Assembly (NCBI GenBank): GCA_025361465.1
Contig: JANYAG010000025.1
Coordinates: forward strand, 1,820-65,819
Origin: Gemmatimonadota bacterium
GTDB taxonomy: Bacteria; Gemmatimonadota; Gemmatimonadetes; Gemmatimonadales; GWC2-71-9
Direction of reading: 5' to 3'
DNA length: 64,000 bases
In this document: one piece after another, positions 58,438 through 64,000 of the stretch
Layout of the letters: each line of letters begins with the position of its first letter
How positions within the stretch are numbered: position 1 is the first letter of the stretch
Translations under genes and position numbers: made by a program
The notes under the pieces: model-generated
Seen by the model: only the letters and a program-made list of their open reading frames with translations
Databases searched by the model: none
Told to the model about the DNA's origin: nothing

Positions 58438-60456
58438 CTATTTCGGGACGGCGTTCACCAGGGCACGAACCGCCTCGGCGCCGATGGGCCGCAACTGACC
58501 GAAGGTCTTCCCCTCGATGGCCTTGAGGGTGGAATCGGCGGTGGTTCGCCAGACCGGTGCCGGTGTCGCGTTCCGGGTGACGTACTCAAGTGCCTGCATA
58601 CCGATCCGGGACAGGTCGAGCAATGCCCCAGCCACTGGCATGCCATCGTTCGCCATGGGGATCCGATCGCGCACTCCTTCCAGGCCGGCGCGGAACTGGG
58701 CCATCCTGGCGAAGTCTTCACGTAACCCCCGCACGGCAGCCGTATCGCCGCCCGCGGCCCGCCTGGCGCGGTCGTTCATCCGCCAGCCATTCCACGGATC
58801 GGTGCGCGCGGCGTGCATCAATCGTGTCAACGGCGTGAACTGGGTGGCGTTGGCGCCGGGGCCCAGGCCAAAGCCGCGCGGCCGGGCGTATTCGAGCAAT
58901 CCACTGAACAGGGCTGCGTCGTCACCGGCGGCAAAGCGGCGGATCATCGCGTCGGTCTGGCTCTCGTGCGTCAGGCCGAATTCGGTGAGTCGACGCGAGG
59001 TCACCTCGAGCCGACGGTACATGTCGTTGACGTCGTTCACCTCGCGCGGTGACCAGAATCGTTCCGCCACCGCGCCGAGCCGGGGCCAGATGCGCGACTC
59101 AATGATCTCCGGGGTCACGTACTCACTCCACATGCACGCTTCACCGCCGAGAATGAGCGCCTGCTGCGCCGGGGTCAGGTCGGTGTTGGCTGGCAGTGGA
59201 TCCGCGAGGTAGTGCTCGCTCGCCAGCTTGATATGATCGAGGTAGTACGGTGCCGACAGAATGGCCCGGCGTCCCTGCTTGGCGGCTTCGGTGAGATAGT
59301 TGACGCCGCGCCACGATTGGATCACCGCCGCTTTGGGCAGGTCGGGCTGCAGGATCTCATCCCAGCCGACCGGCTCCTTGCCATGGGCCTTGAGGATGCC
59401 GAAGAGCCGGCGATTGAAGGCCACCTGCATCGCGTCTTCGTTCTTGATCCCGTGCGCCTTCATGTATACCTGGATGGTGGGACTGGCTTTCCATTGTTGC
59501 GGGTTGACCTCGTCGCCGCCGATGTGCCAGTACCGATCGGGGAAGAGCAGCGCCATCTCCGCGATGAAACCATCGAGGAAACGGTAGGTGGACTCCTTGA
59601 TCGGGTTCATCACGTCGGGGAGGACACCCCACGTGCGCGAGATGGAGAAGGGCCCCGGGACGCTGGCGAGTTCGGGATAGCCGACCAGCCAGGCGGTCGA
59701 GTGACCCGGCACGTCGAATTCCGGCACCACGCGGATGCCGCGATCCGTGGCGTAGCTCACGATGTCACGAATCTGGGCCTGGGTGTAGTAGAGCCCGTCG
59801 GAGCCCATCTCATGGAGCCTGGGGTACCGCCTGCTCTCGACGCGGAAACCCTGATCTTCGCTCAGGTGCCAGTGGAAGACGTTGAGCTTGACCATCGCCA
59901 TCCCGTCGAGCGTCCGCTTGATCTGCTCAACCGGCTCGAAGTGCCGGCCGACGTCCTCGAGCAGGCCGCGCCACTTGAAGCGCGGCGCATCCTTGATTCG
60001 GGTACCCTGCAGGAAATAGCCGCGCCCATCAGCGGCCTGGAGCTGCAACAGGGTCTCCAGGCCACGGATGGCACCAACCACCGTCGGAGCCGTCAACGCG
60101 GCCTGTTCGCCCGACACGTCGAGGGTGTACGACTCGTCCTCGTCGACGTCGGGAATGGGATAGCCCGCCCGGGCGACGTTGATGACCAGACGCGCGGCGC
60201 GATCCGCCGAATACGTCCGGGTCAGCGGAACGGTGATCCGGCCTTCGAGCCGAGTCAGTGCCCGTCCGACAGCGCGTTCGAGCCGCCCGTCACGGAAACC
60301 CGTGATTGCGACGGTCAACCCGGCGTCGAGCGGGAATCGAGCCCCGTTCATCGCCACGGAGGCGGGGACCGGCAGCAGGGTGTGGATCGCCGGGGCTTGG
60401 GCCGTGAGGGCAGGGGCCAGGGCGGCCAGGGTCGCAAACAACAGGGTTGGGCGCAT
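58438..60456 (-). CDS. Beta-N-acetylhexosaminidase (GH20), secreted
   Basis: ATG at 60456 with a signal peptide. ..FHWHLSEDQGFR.. and ..HIGGDEV.. catalytic motifs. Confidence 0.9.
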   Translation of the reverse strand: MRPTLLFATLAALAPALTAQAPAIHTLLPVPASVAMNGARFPLDAGLTVAITGFRDGRLERAVGRALTRLEGRITVPLTRTYSADRAARLVINVARAGYPIPDVDEDESYTLDVSGEQAALTAPTVVGAIRGLETLLQLQAADGRGYFLQGTRIKDAPRFKWRGLLEDVGRHFEPVEQIKRTLDGMAMVKLNVFHWHLSEDQGFRVESRRYPRLHEMGSDGLYYTQAQIRDIVSYATDRGIRVVPEFDVPGHSTAWLVGYPELASVPGPFSISRTWGVLPDVMNPIKESTYRFLDGFIAEMALLFPDRYWHIGGDEVNPQQWKASPTIQVYMKAHGIKNEDAMQVAFNRRLFGILKAHGKEPVGWDEILQPDLPKAAVIQSWRGVNYLTEAAKQGRRAILSAPYYLDHIKLASEHYLADPLPANTDLTPAQQALILGGEACMWSEYVTPEIIESRIWPRLGAVAERFWSPREVNDVNDMYRRLEVTSRRLTEFGLTHESQTDAMIRRFAAGDDAALFSGLLEYARPRGFGLGPGANATQFTPLTRLMHAARTDPWNGWRMNDRARRAAGGDTAAVRGLREDFARMAQFRAGLEGVRDRIPMANDGMPVAGALLDLSRIGMQALEYVTRNATPAPVWRTTADSTLKAIEGKTFGQLRPIGAEAVRALVNAVPK

Positions 60457-60560
60457 GGGTGTCGGGATTGAGGTGTCCGACAAAGATGGGGTCGTCGGCG
60501 CTTGGGTGCCATGCGGGATCGACGATCGAGGGGTGTGCGGCGAAGTCGTATATTCCCTGC

Positions 60561-61361
60561 ATGCATGTCACCTCGCTGCACCGCTACCCCATCAAGGGCT
60601 GCCGCGGTCATGCGGTCGATGCACTCGCGATCGACCGTCTTGGTCCGGTCGGCGATCGTCGCTTGATGCTCGTGGACGCCCGGGGTCGCTTCATGTCACA
60701 GCGAGGGCACCCAAGGCTGGCGACCATCGCCCCGACCCTCCAGGGCGACCAGCTGTCCGCGACAGCCCCGGCAGTGCAACCGCTGCACCAGGAGCTGGTG
60801 GCGGATGGAGCGATCCGCGCGGTCACGATCTGGGGAGATGACGGGCTGCAAGTCATTGATCAGGGCGATGCGGCGGCCGATTGGTTCTCGTCGGTGATCG
60901 GCGATTCATGCCGGCTGGTCCGTTACGGCGCCATGACACACCGTCCAATCGATCCCACTTATTCGCCGCGACCGGAAGCGGAAACGACGTTCACTGACGG
61001 CTATCCCGTGCTGGCGGTGACGGAGGCCTCACTTGAAGCGCTCAACAGCCACCTGGTCACTCCCGTGCCCATGGGGCGTTTCCGGCCCACGATCGTGGTG
61101 GGAGCCGCCGTCGCCTGGGACGAGGACACCTGGCACACGGTCGCCGCGGGTGAAGTGATCCTGGACGCGGTCAAGCCGTGCGTCCGCTGCGTGGTGACCA
61201 CGACCGACCAGGAAACCGGCGATCGCGACGCCGACCAGGAACCATTGCGCACCCTGGTCCGGATCCACACGCTGCCACGCTTCGGGGTGAGCTTCGGCCA
61301 GAATCTGGTGCCCCGCAGTACCGGAGTGGTGCGCGTCGGCGACCCAGTGCGGTTGGCATGA
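60561..61361 (+). CDS. MOSC domain-containing protein (YcbX-like)
   Basis: ATG at 60561. MHVTSLHRYPIKGCRG... N-terminal beta-barrel. ..KPCVRCVVTTTDQETG.. MOSC cysteine motif. Confidence 0.85.
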   Translation: MHVTSLHRYPIKGCRGHAVDALAIDRLGPVGDRRLMLVDARGRFMSQRGHPRLATIAPTLQGDQLSATAPAVQPLHQELVADGAIRAVTIWGDDGLQVIDQGDAAADWFSSVIGDSCRLVRYGAMTHRPIDPTYSPRPEAETTFTDGYPVLAVTEASLEALNSHLVTPVPMGRFRPTIVVGAAVAWDEDTWHTVAAGEVILDAVKPCVRCVVTTTDQETGDRDADQEPLRTLVRIHTLPRFGVSFGQNLVPRSTGVVRVGDPVRLA

Positions 61362-62524
61362 CCGAGCGGCTCTACTACCACGATGCCGCCGTGTGCAGCT
61401 TCGACGGCGCGATCGTCGCGCACGGCGTCGATGTGCAGCACGCGATTCTTGATCGCAGTGCGTTCTACCCCACCTCGGGCGGCCAGCCGCACGACACCGG
61501 TACCCTCAACGGCGTCCCGGTGATTGACGTGATCGACGAGGACGATCGTGTCGTGCACGTGCTCGATGCCCCGCTGCCACTTGGACCGGTCCACGGCGAA
61601 GTCGATCCGGTCCGTCGTCGTGATCACATGCAACAGCACACCGCCCAGCATCTACTCTCTGCCATTGCGGCGAGCCGGTTCGGCTGGGAAACGATCAGCG
61701 TGCACTTCGGCGCCGGCCACTCCAGCATCGAGTTCGATGCCGCCGCGGGTGACGCCGAGCTGCATGACCTCGAAGTGACCGCGAACGGCGCAGTGTCTGC
61801 CGCTCGCCCCGTCACGGTCAGCTTCGAGGAGTCCGCTGGCGCCCTCGCGCGTGGCCTCAGGAAGGCTCCGACGCGATCAGGCGCGATCCGGATCGTCACG
61901 ATCGAGGGGCTCGACCGCAGCGCCTGTGGCGGGACGCATGTCTCGTCAACGTCGGCGATCGGCGCGATCATGGTCCACGGTGTGGAGCGGGTCCGCGGCC
62001 ATTCACGGGTTGGTTTCCTCGCCGGTGACCGGGTGCTCAGGCACCTCCACGAGCGCGAGGAATTGTTGGCACGGACCGCCGAGGCCTCGTCCTGCGCGAT
62101 CGACGAGTTGCCCGAGATCGCTGCCAAGCGGCAGACCGAGCTCAGGGTGCAACGCGAACGGATCGAAACGCTGGAGCGCGAGGTGGCGACCGCGCGATTG
62201 CACGCACTGGTCGCCGCGACCGCCCCGGACAGCGACGGCCTGCGACGAGTGGTGTACCGGAGCGAACGCGATTCGCCGACCCTGCTCCGCACCATGGCTC
62301 AGGATGTCACCACCCTTGACCGAGTGGTGTTTGTCGCGACGCTCTCCTCGCCGCCGACCGTCTTCTTCGCCACATCGCCGGGCACCGGCATCGATGCCGG
62401 AGCACTCCTCAAGGCGGCACTCGGCACGGTGGGGGGTCGTGGTGGCGGGTCGCCGAAAGCCGCCCAGGGGACCGTGACTCGTCCTGAACTGCTGTCCGGG
62501 GTCGTGGACCGACTCGTGGGGTAG
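61358..62524 (+). CDS. Alanyl-tRNA editing protein (AlaX-L-like)
   Basis: ATG at 61358 overlaps the MOSC stop (ATGA). HTAQHLLSA (HxxxH) and CGGTHV zinc motifs. Confidence 0.8.
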   Translation: MTERLYYHDAAVCSFDGAIVAHGVDVQHAILDRSAFYPTSGGQPHDTGTLNGVPVIDVIDEDDRVVHVLDAPLPLGPVHGEVDPVRRRDHMQQHTAQHLLSAIAASRFGWETISVHFGAGHSSIEFDAAAGDAELHDLEVTANGAVSAARPVTVSFEESAGALARGLRKAPTRSGAIRIVTIEGLDRSACGGTHVSSTSAIGAIMVHGVERVRGHSRVGFLAGDRVLRHLHEREELLARTAEASSCAIDELPEIAAKRQTELRVQRERIETLEREVATARLHALVAATAPDSDGLRRVVYRSERDSPTLLRTMAQDVTTLDRVVFVATLSSPPTVFFATSPGTGIDAGALLKAALGTVGGRGGGSPKAAQGTVTRPELLSGVVDRLVG

Positions 62525-62659
62525 ACCGGAAACGAATCACTTCCGCGGCAAACTAACTCACCCGGAACCGCGGGCGGGGCACGTTGGCACACGAGGAGTT
62601 ACTTTCGAAGGGTGCCTCAAGGTGTCTCGCGGGGCGCCCGCCCAGACGGAGCCCTCAAC

Positions 62660-63391
62660 ATGTTGCTGGCAGCAGCGTTACCGCTCTTCCTCACCCTGCT
62701 TGGCGCCGACACCGCCAAGACGGCACCCCCGAAGCCGTCCCCGATCAAGTTCACCGGCGACGTGGGCTATGTGGCGACATCCGGGAACACCTCGGTCCAG
62801 ACCCTGAACATCGGCGACAAGATTTCGGCAAAGTTCGGCGGCACTACGCTCAGCCAGCAGTTCGCGGTGGTCAATGGCCGCAGCAAGGGGCAGACTGTTG
62901 TCTCGATCTGGCGGGCCTCCTTCCGGGTCGATGCGGCGGTGGCCAAGCGGCTGGCGATCTACACCTCCTTGACCTACGAACGAAACACCTTCGCGGGCCT
63001 GGCGTCGCGGACGTCCGCCGTGACCGGGCTGTCGTCGGAGGTCGTCAAGACAGCCAATGACCGGTTGGTGTTCGAAGGCGGCCTCTCGCTCACCGCGCAG
63101 CGTGCCGTCGTCAATAAAGGCAACAGCCTCGACTTTCTTGGCGGCCGGGCGGCCAGTGTCTATCAGCGGAAGATCGGCCCGCGGGCCCTGCTCACCCAGA
63201 CCGTCGAGTTCCTCCCGAATTTCCGGCAGAGCGAGGATCTTCGCATCAACACCGAGACTTCGCTGCTCGCTCCGCTGACGCGCCAGGTAGCCATGAAGAT
63301 CGCATACGCCATCCGCTACGATGGTTTGCCCAACCCTGGCTATCAGGACACGGATCGCCTCTTCACGTCAGGTATTCAGATTTCCCTGTGA
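62660..63391 (+). CDS. DUF481 (YdiY-like) outer-membrane beta-barrel protein
   Basis: ATG at 62660 with a signal. Alternating beta pattern. C-terminal ..IRYDGLPNPGYQDTDRLFTSGIQISL. Confidence 0.75.
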   Translation: MLLAAALPLFLTLLGADTAKTAPPKPSPIKFTGDVGYVATSGNTSVQTLNIGDKISAKFGGTTLSQQFAVVNGRSKGQTVVSIWRASFRVDAAVAKRLAIYTSLTYERNTFAGLASRTSAVTGLSSEVVKTANDRLVFEGGLSLTAQRAVVNKGNSLDFLGGRAASVYQRKIGPRALLTQTVEFLPNFRQSEDLRINTETSLLAPLTRQVAMKIAYAIRYDGLPNPGYQDTDRLFTSGIQISL

Positions 63392-63518
63392 TTCCTTGCC
63401 GCGGCGTCCCGGCGGCCATCATCGCTGGAGCGCGTGCCGCGTGACCCCCGCGGGCGAGCCCATGGCGCCGGCCTTTCACCTGATCCGGAATCCCGCACTC
63501 CCGCCTGACATCGCCCGC

Positions 63519-64000
63519 ATGTCATTGCTGGCCGACGCGGCATGGCGCTGTCACCACGCACTTCCCGAGTATCGCCCCACGCCGTTGCACACCCTCGCCA
63601 CACTGGCGCAGGAGCTTGGCCTTGCTTCGCTCCACCTCAAGGATGAATCGGCGCGCTTCGGCTTGAACGCGTTCAAGGGACTTGGAGCATCGTTCGCGAT
63701 CCACCACTGGCTGGCGCGCCACCCGGAGGCTGGTCCGGTGACCTTCACGACCGCCACCGACGGCAACCACGGCCGGGCGGTTGCGTGGAGTGCCCGGTGC
63801 ACCGGCGCCCGCGCCGTCGTCTTCGTCCCATCACACACCGTCCCGGCGCGGATCGAGGCAATCGCCCGCGAAGGGGCCGAGGTCGTATTGGTGGATGGCG
63901 GATACGATCTTGCCGTCGCGAGAGCGCATGAAGCCGCCGAACGCTCGGGCTGGATCCTGATCCAGGATGCCGCGTGCCCCGGGTACGAAGAGATCCCGGA
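63519..64000 (+). CDS. Diaminopropionate ammonia-lyase-like PLP enzyme (5-prime partial, runs off the window)
   Basis: Own translation of frame 3: ..EYRPTPLHTLATLAQELGLASLHLKDESARFGLNAFKGLGASFAI..TATDGNHGRAVAW. Not in the ORF track because it lacks a stop. Start at ATG 63519 or TTG 63480. Confidence 0.75.
   Translation, partial: MSLLADAAWRCHHALPEYRPTPLHTLATLAQELGLASLHLKDESARFGLNAFKGLGASFAIHHWLARHPEAGPVTFTTATDGNHGRAVAWSARCTGARAVVFVPSHTVPARIEAIAREGAEVVLVDGGYDLAVARAHEAAERSGWILIQDAACPGYEEIP

Overview
High-GC bacterial chromosome segment covering the replication-origin neighbourhood. rpmH-rnpA-yidD-yidC-CDGSH runs on the minus strand, diverging from dnaA-oriC-dnaN on the plus strand. The window also holds rnpB (RNase P RNA, missed by the ORF track), mtgA, pyrE, polA, rnd, a complete sufR-sufBCDSU-bacilliredoxin operon, and parS-parAB about 31 kb from dnaA. 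There is an L-fucose (non-phosphorylative type) plus lutABC catabolic cluster, and a Tat-dependent sugar-oxidation cluster (TIM-barrel / GMC flavoprotein / small Tat subunit / Gfo-Idh-MocA). Near that cluster lie DUF1080, a GH20 hexosaminidase and an NHS-type transporter. Gene content (GWxTD, DUF1080, Tat-GMC, beta-propeller lipoproteins) suggests a Gemmatimonadota-like soil bacterium; this is inference only. I found no transposase, integrase, phage, CRISPR, toxin-antitoxin or recognisable defence genes, so I cannot name a novel protein system here. The most unusual signals are noncoding. (1) Inverted arrays of GGTGANN/NNTCACC heptanucleotide repeats sit directly after stop codons. (2) A purine-rich GAAGGGGA...GCGAGAAGCGA heptad element lies on three gene 3-prime ends. 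(3) A palindromic REP-like element has four copies, one embedded in frame in lutA. (4) The dnaA-dnaN spacer has box / DnaA-trio-like / AT-rich architecture. (5) rnpA has a conserved N-terminus with no canonical start codon. Many long antisense ORFs in the track are high-GC artefacts. Non-ORF coordinates were counted by eye and may be off by 1-2 nt.
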